A DNA stretch of 64,000 nucleotides from the NCBI GenBank assembly GCA_017526905.1, contig JAFXQT010000090.1, positions 6,927 to 70,926 of the forward strand. The letters run 5' to 3'. Of the stretch, positions 40,789 to 48,971 are shown one piece after another. The notes below the pieces were generated by a model. That model was not told the origin of the DNA, ran no database searches, and worked only from the letters and a program-made list of their open reading frames with translations. Source of the DNA: Bacteroidaceae bacterium. Its GTDB lineage: Bacteria > Bacteroidota > Bacteroidia > Bacteroidales > Bacteroidaceae. Positions within the stretch are counted from its first letter, which is position 1; each line of letters opens with the position of its first letter. The position numbers and the translations under genes were made by a program.

Positions 40789-42139
40789 TGCCTTCCTCTA
40801 TGTGCACCGCCAGGAGGCGGGCTACCGCCCTGTGCACGACCGCATCCACGATTTCGGCGAGGTGGAGCAGACACTGAACACACGCGAGCGCAAGCTGCAG
40901 GCGTCGCGCTGCATGGATTGCGGCGTACCCTTCTGCCACTGGGCCTGCCCGCTGGGCAACAAACCGCCCGAATGGAACGACGCGCTTGCCCGTGGCGAGT
41001 GGGAACGGGCCTACCAGCTACTATCTGCCACCAACCCCTTCCCCGAGTTCACGGGGCGCGTCTGCCCAGCCCTCTGCGAGAAGGCATGCGTGCTCAACCG
41101 CTTCAACCACGAGCCCACCACCAACCGCGAGGACGAAGCAGCCATCACCGAGGGTGCCTTCCGCGAGCGGTTCATACAGCCGCGCATCCCCCAGCGCAAT
41201 GGCAAGCACGTGGCCGTCATCGGCAGCGGACCGGCCGGACTGGCTGCGGCCGACGCGCTGAACCAGATGGGCTACACCGTCACCGTCTTCGAGAAGGACG
41301 AGGCCCCCGGAGGCCTGCTACGCTACGGCATCCCTAACTTTAAGCTCAACAAGGCCATCATCGACCGCCGCATCCGTGTGCTGGAGGCCGAGGGCATTGA
41401 CTTCAAGTATAATTGTCCCGTTTCCTCCGCTGCGCTTCTATCGCAGCTCAATGCCTCCTTCGATGCCATCGTCGTCGCCACCGGCACCCCCACTGCCCGC
41501 GACCTCGACATCCCCGGCCGCTCGCTCAGTGGCATTCACCTGGCCCTGGAACTGCTTTCGCAGCAAAACCGTGTGCTCGCAGGCATGGAGTTCTCAAAAG
41601 ACGAGCGCATCACAGCGCGCGGCAAGGACGTGCTGGTCATCGGCGGAGGCGACACGGGCAGCGACTGCATAGGCACCGCCCATCGCCAAGGCGCTCGCAG
41701 CGTCACGCAGATCGAGATCATGCCGCGCCCCGTTGAAGGTCCCGACGACCCGCAGAACCCTTGGCCGGCCTACCCACGCACGCTCAAGACCACCTCGTCG
41801 CACGAAGAAGGCTGCACGCGCCGATGGAACATCAACACATTAGAGTTCCTCTCGGCCGACGGCAAACACGTCAGCGGCGTCAAGGTACAGGAAATCGAAT
41901 GGCAGCCGAACCCGGCAGGCGGCCGGCCGCGGATGGCGCCCAAGGGCGAACCCGAAATCATCAAGGCCGAGCTCGTGCTGCTGGCCATGGGATTCCTCAA
42001 GCCCGAACACCCACAATACCCCGAGCAGGTCTTCGTCTGCGGCGATGCTGCCAACGGAGCCAGCCTCGTCGTGCGCGCCATGGCCAGCGGCAGGGAGACA
42101 GCACTCAAGGTGCATGAATATTTGAGTAATGGATCGTAG
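40721..42139 (+). CDS. gltD: glutamate synthase small subunit (NADPH)
   Basis: 472 aa. Fe-S cysteine clusters (CMDCGVPFCHWACP, GRVCPALCEKAC) and FAD/NAD folds (VAVIGSGPAGLAAA, VLVIGGGDTGSDC). The first ~24 codons are a GC-rich repeat module. A GTG (YVH) downstream is an alternative start. Confidence 0.92.
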   Translation: MEKNSISQIHTTPSLQGRAGGGAAFLYVHRQEAGYRPVHDRIHDFGEVEQTLNTRERKLQASRCMDCGVPFCHWACPLGNKPPEWNDALARGEWERAYQLLSATNPFPEFTGRVCPALCEKACVLNRFNHEPTTNREDEAAITEGAFRERFIQPRIPQRNGKHVAVIGSGPAGLAAADALNQMGYTVTVFEKDEAPGGLLRYGIPNFKLNKAIIDRRIRVLEAEGIDFKYNCPVSSAALLSQLNASFDAIVVATGTPTARDLDIPGRSLSGIHLALELLSQQNRVLAGMEFSKDERITARGKDVLVIGGGDTGSDCIGTAHRQGARSVTQIEIMPRPVEGPDDPQNPWPAYPRTLKTTSSHEEGCTRRWNINTLEFLSADGKHVSGVKVQEIEWQPNPAGGRPRMAPKGEPEIIKAELVLLAMGFLKPEHPQYPEQVFVCGDAANGASLVVRAMASGRETALKVHEYLSNGS

Positions 42140-42230
42140 ATAATGGACAATGGACAATGGACAATGGACAATAATCAATGTCCAATGGTAAATAGTAAGT
42201 GGTAAATAGTAAACAGTAAATCGTAAATCC
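42126..42230. repeat. 105-nt heptamer array (GGACAAT then GTAAATA units)
   Basis: GGACAAT x4, followed by AATCAAT GTCCAAT GGTAAAT AGTAAGT GGTAAAT AGTAAAC AGTAAAT CGTAAAT. It fills the gltD-dapF gap. Confidence 0.9.
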
Positions 42231-42231
42231 C

Positions 42232-43083
42232 ATGGTTCCTTTCACCAAAATGCACGGCTGCGGCAACGACTATATCTATGTGGATGCCTCTCGCCACCCT
42301 ATCGCCGACCCCGCAGCGACTGCCAGACGATGGAGCTGCCCGCACACAGGCATCGGCAGCGACGGACTGGTGCTCATAGGGCGCAGCCCCATCCCCGAGG
42401 CCGATTTCACGATGCGCATCTTCAACGCCGATGGTTCCGAAGCCCTGATGTGCGGCAATGCCAGCCGCTGCATCGGCAAATATGTCTATGAGCGGGGCCT
42501 GACGGACAAGACGCTCGTGCGCCTGCTCACGGCCACAGGCATCAAGGTGCTCACGCTGAACACCACCAGGACATCGGCCCGCGAGGTGGCGAGCGTGACG
42601 GTGGATATGGAAGAACCCGCCTTCGATGTGCCGTCACAGTTCACACCCAGGCAAGACAGCGACCTGCCCGAGGGCACCTTCGTCAGCATGGGCAACCCCC
42701 ACTATGTCATCTTCGTGGCCGACATCACGGCCGTTGACGTGGCAGCCGAAGGCGCACGCCTTGAACGCCACCCGCAGTTCCCGGAGCGCTGTAATATCGA
42801 ATTTGCCGAAATGCGTCCTGACGGCATTCGCATGCGCGTCTGGGAACGCGGCAGTGGCATCACGCAAGCCTGCGGCACGGGCGCCTGTGCCACGGCCGTC
42901 GCGGCGGCCCGAACGGGCCGTTCTCCACGCCACTCCCGCATCATTATGGACGGTGGCACACTCGATATCGAATGGCTCAGCACCGACCGCAACCTCCATG
43001 ACCACACCTTCGCCCACAACCACGTTCTCATGACCGGCCCTGCCGCATTCGTCTTCGACGGGGAGATAACAGTGGATGATTGA
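42232..43083 (+). CDS. dapF: diaminopimelate epimerase
   Basis: 283 aa. [11 protein letters not shown], active-site cysteines in MCGNASRC and ACGTGACA. Confidence 0.9.
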   Translation: MVPFTKMHGCGNDYIYVDASRHPIADPAATARRWSCPHTGIGSDGLVLIGRSPIPEADFTMRIFNADGSEALMCGNASRCIGKYVYERGLTDKTLVRLLTATGIKVLTLNTTRTSAREVASVTVDMEEPAFDVPSQFTPRQDSDLPEGTFVSMGNPHYVIFVADITAVDVAAEGARLERHPQFPERCNIEFAEMRPDGIRMRVWERGSGITQACGTGACATAVAAARTGRSPRHSRIIMDGGTLDIEWLSTDRNLHDHTFAHNHVLMTGPAAFVFDGEITVDD

Positions 43084-43151
43084 AATATGAAATACAAAAT
43101 ACGCCTACGGCCTTAGACCGTACCCCTTCGTCACTCCTCATTAGTCATTCC

Positions 43152-43181
43152 CTATCCCCCGCCGGGGGATTACAGGGAGCC
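43152..43181. repeat. GC hairpin flanked by TCATTMG arrays
   Basis: CTATCCCCCGCCGGGGGATTACAGGGAGCC lies between arrays at 43126-43151 and 43182-43208. A related GGAGATTACAGGGAG is at ~6019-6035. Confidence 0.6.
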
Positions 43182-43214
43182 TTATTAGTCATTCGTCATT
43201 AGTCATTCTAAATT

Positions 43215-44444
43215 ATGGCACTCGTCAACGATCATTTCCTCAAGCTGCCGAACAACTACCTGTTCGCCGACATCGCCAAGAAGGTGAATGCCTTCAAGGC
43301 GCTGCACCCCAAGACCGACATCATCTCGCTCGGCATAGGCGACGTCACACAACCGCTTTGCCCTGCCGTCATCGAGGCACTGCACCGTGCCACCGATGAG
43401 ATGGCCACTGCGGCCACCTTCCGAGGCTACGGCCCCGAACAAGGCTACGACTTCCTGCGCGATGCCATCCTGAAGAACGACTTCCTCGCCCGCGGCATCC
43501 ATCTCGACCGCGACGAGATCTTCGTCAACGACGGCGCCAAGAGCGACACAGGCAATTTCCAGGAACTCATACGCTGGGACAACAGCATCGCCGTCACCGA
43601 CCCCATCTACCCCGTCTATATCGACTCCAACGTGATGATCGGCCGCGCCGGAGTGAAGGGCGACGACGGGCGGTGGTCCAACGTCATCTATCTGCCCTGC
43701 ACGGCCGAGAACGGCTTTGTGCCCGAACTGCCCCGCCAGCGCGTAGATGTCATCTACCTCTGCTATCCCAACAACCCCACCGGCACCGCCCTCACGCGCC
43801 GGCAGCTGAAGCAATGGGTCAACTACGCCCTCAAGAACGACACCCTCATCTTCTTCGACGCCGCCTACGAGGCCTACATCCGCCACGACGACGTGCCCCA
43901 CAGCATCTACGAGATCAAGGGCGCCCGCCGCGTGGCCGTCGAGTTCCACTCCTACTCCAAGACGGCAGGCTTCACCGGCGTGCGCTGCGGCTACACCGTG
44001 GTGCCCAAGGAAGTATCCGCAGCCACGCTCACGGGCGAGCGCATTGCGCTGAACCCGCTCTGGAACCGCCGTCAGTGCACCAAGTTCAACGGCACCAGCT
44101 ACCTCAGCCAGCGCGCCGCCGAGGCCATCTACACGCCCGAGGGGCGCCGGCAGGTGCAGCACACCATCGACTACTACATGCAAAACGCCGCCCACATGAA
44201 AGAGGCGCTGAGGGGCATTGGCCTCAATGTCGTGGGAGGCGACAACGCGCCCTACCTGTGGGTGCAGACACCCGGCGGCATGACCTCGTGGCGCTTCTTC
44301 GAGCAGATGCTCTACAACGCACATGTGGTCTGCACCCCGGGCGTGGGCTTCGGCCCTTCGGGCGAAGGCTTTGTGCGCCTCACCGCCTTCGGCTCGCACG
44401 AGCGCACCGAGGAAGCACTCGACCGCATTGCAAGATTCTATTAA
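43215..44444 (+). CDS. dapL: LL-diaminopimelate aminotransferase
   Basis: 409 aa. MALVNDHFLKLPNNYLFADIAKKV start and the PLP lysine context (SYSKTAGFTGVRCGY) are typical of DapL. It is adjacent to dapF. Confidence 0.88.
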   Translation: MALVNDHFLKLPNNYLFADIAKKVNAFKALHPKTDIISLGIGDVTQPLCPAVIEALHRATDEMATAATFRGYGPEQGYDFLRDAILKNDFLARGIHLDRDEIFVNDGAKSDTGNFQELIRWDNSIAVTDPIYPVYIDSNVMIGRAGVKGDDGRWSNVIYLPCTAENGFVPELPRQRVDVIYLCYPNNPTGTALTRRQLKQWVNYALKNDTLIFFDAAYEAYIRHDDVPHSIYEIKGARRVAVEFHSYSKTAGFTGVRCGYTVVPKEVSAATLTGERIALNPLWNRRQCTKFNGTSYLSQRAAEAIYTPEGRRQVQHTIDYYMQNAAHMKEALRGIGLNVVGGDNAPYLWVQTPGGMTSWRFFEQMLYNAHVVCTPGVGFGPSGEGFVRLTAFGSHERTEEALDRIARFY

Positions 44445-44483
44445 CACGTTAACACATTAACCCCATAAACACAAGACAAGACT

Positions 44484-46712
44484 ATGACAAGCAACCTGAG
44501 ATTCCAAATGGTCGGCGAGGCATTCAAGAAGAAGCCCCTCGACATTACAGCACCGGGCGAACGCCCCTGCGACTACTTTGCAGCGCATGTATTCAACCGC
44601 GAGAAGATGTATAAGTACCTGCCGAAGGACGTCTATGAGAAGATGATCGACGTCATCGACGGCGGCGCCCGCCTGGACCGCAAGGTGGCCGATGCCGTGG
44701 CCGCCGGCATGATCAGTTGGGCCAAGGAGAACGGCGTGACGCACTACACCCACTGGTTCCAGCCCCTCACCGAAGGCACTGCCGAGAAGCACGACTCGTT
44801 CATCGAGCACGACCATAAAGGCGGCATGATTGAGGAGTTCAGCGGCAAGCTGCTCGTGCAGCAGGAGCCCGATGCCAGCAGCTTTCCCAGCGGCGGAATA
44901 CGCTCCACCTTCGAGGCCCGCGGCTACTCGGCCTGGGACCCCACCAGCCCCGTATTCATCATCGACGACACACTTGTCATCCCCACCGTGTTCATCAGCT
45001 ACAGCGGCGAGGCCCTCGACTACAAGGCACCGCTGCTCCGGGCCCTGCGCGCCGTCAGCGAGGCAGCCACAGCGGTGTGCCACTACTTCGACCCGGCCGT
45101 GAAGAAGGTCACCAGCAACCTCGGCTGGGAGCAGGAGTATTTCCTCGTCGATGAAGGGCTCTACGCCGCCCGCCCCGACCTCTTGCTCACCGGGCGCACC
45201 CTCATGGGCCACGACTCGGCCAAGAACCAGCAGATGGACGACCACTACTTCGGCTCCATCCCCGAGCGCGTGGCTGCCTTCATGCGCGACCTCGAAATTC
45301 AAGCCCTCATGCTCGGCATACCCGTGAAGACACGCCATAACGAGGTGGCACCCAACCAGTTTGAGGTGGCTCCTATCTTCGAGGACACCAACCTGGCCGT
45401 GGATCACAACATGCTGCTCATGTCCGTGATGAAGCGTGTGGCACGCAAGCACGGCTTCCGCGCCCTCCTGCACGAGAAGCCCTTCGCCGGCATCAACGGC
45501 TCGGGCAAGCACAACAACTGGAGCCTCTCCACCGACACCGGCGTGCTGCTGCATGCACCCGGCAAGACAGCCGAACAGAACCTACGCTTCGCCACCTTCA
45601 TCGTCGAGACGCTGATGGGCGTGTACCGACACAACGGTCTGCTCAAGGCCAGCATCATGAGCGCCACCAACGCCCACCGTCTTGGCGCCAACGAGGCTCC
45701 GCCCGCCATCATCAGTTCCTTCCTCGGCAAGCAGCTGTCGGAACTGCTCGACCACATAGAAAAGGCCGACAAGGAGGACCTCTTCGCCATGGACGGCAAG
45801 CAGGGCATGAAGCTCGACATACCCGAGATTCCCGAACTGCTCATCGACAACACCGACCGCAACCGCACCAGCCCCTTTGCCTTCACCGGCAACCGGTTTG
45901 AGTTCCGCGCCGTGGGCAGCGAGGCCAACTGCGCCAGTGCGATGATTACACTCAACAGCGCCGTTGCCGAGGCGCTCGTCTCGTTCAAGCAGCGCGTTGA
46001 CGAAAGGATCTCTGAATACGCAAAGAAGCCTGCCTATGCAGAAGGCTCCGGCCATTCGCCCGTGTACCATGCCATCATCGACGTGCTTCGCGAAGACATC
46101 GGCACTTGCCACCCCATCCGCTTCGACGGCAACGGCTACAGCGACGAGTGGAAGGCCGAAGCCGCCCGTCGCGGCCTGGACACCGAGACCTCCTGCCCAG
46201 TCATCTTCGAGCGTTACCTCGACAAGGACAGCGTACGGATGTTCGAGAGCCTGGGCGTGATGAGCCAAAAGGAGCTCGAGGCCCGCAACGAAGTGAAGTG
46301 GGAAACCTACACCAAGAAGATACAGATTGAAGCCCGCGTGCTGGGCGACCTCTCCATGAACCACATTATTCCCGTTGCCACCAGCTATCAGAGCCTGCTG
46401 CTGCAAAACGTGGAGCACATGCGCGCCGTATTCCCCGAGGCAAAGGCCGCCCAGCTCAACGCACGCAACCTGAAGCTGATCGAGGAGATAGCCGAACGCA
46501 CGGCCACCATCGAAACGCTGGTGGAGGAACTGGTCGAGGCACGCAAACGGGCCAACAAGATTGCCGACGAGCACCAGCGAGCCATAGCCTATCACGACAC
46601 CATCGCACCGATGTTCGACAAGATCCGCTACCAGATAGACAAGCTGGAACTCATCGTCGACGACAGCCTCTGGCCGCTGCCCAAGTACCGCGAACTGCTG
46701 TTCATCAGGTAA
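44484..46712 (+). CDS. glnA: glutamine synthetase, type III
   Basis: 742 aa, the size of GSIII. The N-terminus (MTSNLRFQMVGEAFKKKPLDITAP...YFAAHVFNREKMYKYLPKDVY) is characteristic of Bacteroides-type GlnN. A strong terminator lies downstream. Confidence 0.9.
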   Translation: MTSNLRFQMVGEAFKKKPLDITAPGERPCDYFAAHVFNREKMYKYLPKDVYEKMIDVIDGGARLDRKVADAVAAGMISWAKENGVTHYTHWFQPLTEGTAEKHDSFIEHDHKGGMIEEFSGKLLVQQEPDASSFPSGGIRSTFEARGYSAWDPTSPVFIIDDTLVIPTVFISYSGEALDYKAPLLRALRAVSEAATAVCHYFDPAVKKVTSNLGWEQEYFLVDEGLYAARPDLLLTGRTLMGHDSAKNQQMDDHYFGSIPERVAAFMRDLEIQALMLGIPVKTRHNEVAPNQFEVAPIFEDTNLAVDHNMLLMSVMKRVARKHGFRALLHEKPFAGINGSGKHNNWSLSTDTGVLLHAPGKTAEQNLRFATFIVETLMGVYRHNGLLKASIMSATNAHRLGANEAPPAIISSFLGKQLSELLDHIEKADKEDLFAMDGKQGMKLDIPEIPELLIDNTDRNRTSPFAFTGNRFEFRAVGSEANCASAMITLNSAVAEALVSFKQRVDERISEYAKKPAYAEGSGHSPVYHAIIDVLREDIGTCHPIRFDGNGYSDEWKAEAARRGLDTETSCPVIFERYLDKDSVRMFESLGVMSQKELEARNEVKWETYTKKIQIEARVLGDLSMNHIIPVATSYQSLLLQNVEHMRAVFPEAKAAQLNARNLKLIEEIAERTATIETLVEELVEARKRANKIADEHQRAIAYHDTIAPMFDKIRYQIDKLELIVDDSLWPLPKYRELLFIR

Positions 46713-46748
46713 GGCATTAACAGCCTCCACACACTATTCGTGCGGTGA

Positions 46749-46812
46749 GTGGGTCCTACAAATCAGCTGCAAATACGCTGTGCTGATTTGAGGGCCCACC
46801 ACTGTTTTTTTT
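46749..46812 (+). terminator. rho-independent terminator of the gltB-glnN operon
   Basis: GTGGGTCCTACAAATCAGC - 14-nt loop - GCTGATTTGAGGGCCCAC (18-bp imperfect stem), then T8 (46805-46812). Confidence 0.85.
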
Positions 46813-46985
46813 GGGGGGGGGAACGATGGTTACAAACTGGGGTAATAATTGTTCAAAAGCGCACTACGCCCCATTGTTAACCTACCTTCTTACGCTTTTT
46901 CTTGTTGCTCCCTGCCAGGGACCATACCTTTGAGCCAGTTTTCCCCACACACAACACCTACTTGCTTAATATAAAGAACACCACT

Positions 46986-47816
46986 ATGAAACAACTGGCA
47001 AACATGAAACACCACGTTAAGACATTCCTCCTATGCCTGACGCTCACCACCATAGGTGCCATGGCTCAGGAGCAGGAGAATTGGCTCCCCGACGGAACCT
47101 ACTACATCCAGAACAAAGCCTCCGGCACCTTCATTTCTGCCGGTGCCTATTGGGGCTGCTGGGGCGTGCTTCGAGAGCATGGCATCGACTTTGCCGTGAC
47201 ACGCTCGGGCGATACCTACACCCTGACCTCACGCATCAACGAAACAGGCCAACATCACTATCAATGTCCCCGGATTCGTGAAGGACTATAACTGGTGTCT
47301 CTACAACAACCTCAAGCTTGAGGCCATGGCTGAAGACGTGACCCTGAGCGAGAATGCCACCACGGCCCCGACGGCAACGGCCTACGCCAATGTGGCGCTG
47401 GAGCGCACACTGAAGCCAGCCATCTGGAACACCTTCAGCCTCCCCTTCAGCCTGAGTGCTGAGCAGATTGCAGCCTCTCCGCTACAGGGTGCTACGATCT
47501 ATGCATACGAGAGTTCAGATGCTAACAGCATCCGCTTTACATCAGCCACCGAGATAGAAGCAGGCAAGCCTTATCTGCTGAAGCCTATTTCTTAGTTTCC
47601 GACGCTACCGATGCCGCAGGCGTGAAACTGTTCTTTAGCGGCACTGCCGTGGGGTTGCATGAGGTTACCGGCGCTGACACCCACATTGCTGCGCACGAAA
47701 TCTACGACCTTGTAGGTCGGCCCGTGCACAAAAGCGCCCTCAGCCGTAAAGGCATCTACATAACAAACGGCAGGAAAATAACCATCAAATACAATTCCAG
47801 AATAAAGTATCACTAA
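46986..47816 (+). pseudogene. decayed secreted protein gene with T9SS C-terminal sorting domain
   Basis: There are three consecutive ORF pieces in frames 0/1/0. 46986-47291 has a signal peptide (MKQLANMKHHVKTFLLCLTLTTIGAMAQ). 47278-47595 is the middle piece. ~47583-47816 ends in a CTD-like segment (EIYDLVGRPVHKSALSRKGIYITNGRKITIK). At least two frameshifts are needed to join them. Confidence 0.55.
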
Positions 47817-47911
47817 TATCACAAATCCGTTCATCGCCCTCATGGCCAAGCACATAGGCTGTGATATTTCTGTGATATTTAAGTGATATTTCCGGGTGAA
47901 AAGTGATACTT
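47806..47911. repeat. six copies of GTGATAYTT (two inverted, four direct, three at 11-bp phasing)
   Basis: Direct copies at 47861, 47872, 47883 and 47903. Inverted copies AAGTATCAC and AATATCAC at 47806-47822. All are immediately upstream of the TATATTTG box. Confidence 0.75.
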
Positions 47912-47938
47912 TTCCTTGCAAGTTTCCCCGAAAAACAC

Positions 47939-47946
47939 TATATTTG
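47939..47946 (+). promoter_or_regulatory. Bacteroidota -7 promoter box (TAnnTTTG) with no annotated gene downstream
   Basis: TATATTTG. GTGATAYTT iterons precede it, and the 22-bp palindromic array follows ~125 nt later. Confidence 0.45.
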
Positions 47947-48070
47947 CAGTATGAAAAGCCACTTGTCCGACAGCCCGCTCCGCTTCAACCGCGGTACACC
48001 CGCGCCCAGGGTTTGTCCAGCAAAAACTTGAGGTTGAACGCTCGGCCGTGTGGGGGGGAACCGCATGGGT

Positions 48071-48180
48071 GTGTCTCACCAATGCGACGGCCGTGTCTCA
48101 CTAATGAGACGGGCGTGTCTCACTGCTGAGACAGTCGAGTCTCACCGCTGAGACGGCTGTGTCTCACCGCTGAGACACCC
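48071..48180. repeat. 5 x 22-bp tandem array, each unit a GTCTCA-N4-TGAGAC palindrome
   Basis: Units start at 48071 (degenerate), 48093, 48115, 48137 and 48159. An example unit is GTGTCTCACCGCTGAGACACCC. There are no spacers between units. Confidence 0.9.
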
Positions 48181-48185
48181 CTGCC

Positions 48186-48971
48186 CTACTTGGCAAGGCA
48201 CTTCTTTGATGGTGGGCTGCTGATGACTTTGATTTGGCATGTACTAATCTGATTGCTGGCAGGTGTTGGTTCGGTTGGGCCGGCGTAGGGCAGGATATGC
48301 TCCTTCAGCACCAAGGCAACCAGGCTGACCGTGTTTTTCACGCCGAACTTGGCCAGCAATCGCTTCCGGTACCATTTCACGGTTTCGGTGCTGAGGTGCA
48401 GACGCTCGGCAATCTCCGAGTTGGAGCGCCCTTCGCAGACAAGGCTGAGTATGTTCTGCTCCTGGATGGTGAGGCGTACGGCCTGGTCGGCAGACTCCTG
48501 AATGATGCTTTCAACCTCCGGACTGATGTAGCGCTGCCCCTTCCACACTTGCTTGATGGCGGTGATGAGCTGGTCGATGGGGGCGCTTTTCAGCACATAG
48601 CCATGAGCGCCGCTGTCCAGCATGCGACGGATGACGCCATATTCGTCGTGGATGGTGACGGCCACAACCCTAACTTTCGGATACGCACTGACGACCCACT
48701 GGCAGAAGGCTATGCTGTCGGCAATGTCTGCATCCGGCCAGGCGGCTTCGCCGGCCGATGAACCACACTCGGCCGCTCGCTGCCTTTCGGGCACAGAGAT
48801 GTCGAGCAACAGCACGTCCGGACAGCGTTCTGCCATGGCAAGCCGGCAATCGCTCAGTGTTGTGAAACAGCGGCTTACGTGTACGGTATCGCTGTGGTTT
48901 ACGACATCTGCCAACCCCTGGTTGAACATGGCGTGGTCGTCCACGATATAAACATCTATCTTATATTTCAT
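48186..48971 (-). CDS. LuxR/NarL-family response regulator
   Basis: REC domain (MKYKIDVYIVDDHAMF ... DVLLLDISVP ... VVAVTIHDE) and LuxR HTH (LTIQEQNILSLVCEGRSNSEIAERLHLSTETVKWYRKRLLAKFGV). The start at 48971 forms an ATGA overlap with the kinase stop. The ORF is open to 49211. Confidence 0.85.
   Translation of the reverse strand: MKYKIDVYIVDDHAMFNQGLADVVNHSDTVHVSRCFTTLSDCRLAMAERCPDVLLLDISVPERQRAAECGSSAGEAAWPDADIADSIAFCQWVVSAYPKVRVVAVTIHDEYGVIRRMLDSGAHGYVLKSAPIDQLITAIKQVWKGQRYISPEVESIIQESADQAVRLTIQEQNILSLVCEGRSNSEIAERLHLSTETVKWYRKRLLAKFGVKNTVSLVALVLKEHILPYAGPTEPTPASNQISTCQIKVISSPPSKKCLAK

Noticed and set aside
47896-48129. 77-codon ORF spanning the orphan promoter and the palindromic array.
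   Set aside because: It starts upstream of the -7 box that would drive it, it runs through the tandem palindromes, and it has no protein-like features.
48071-48180. Possible CRISPR array.
   Set aside because: The 22-bp units are directly adjacent with no unique spacers. The unit length is below typical CRISPR repeats, and no cas genes are present in the window.
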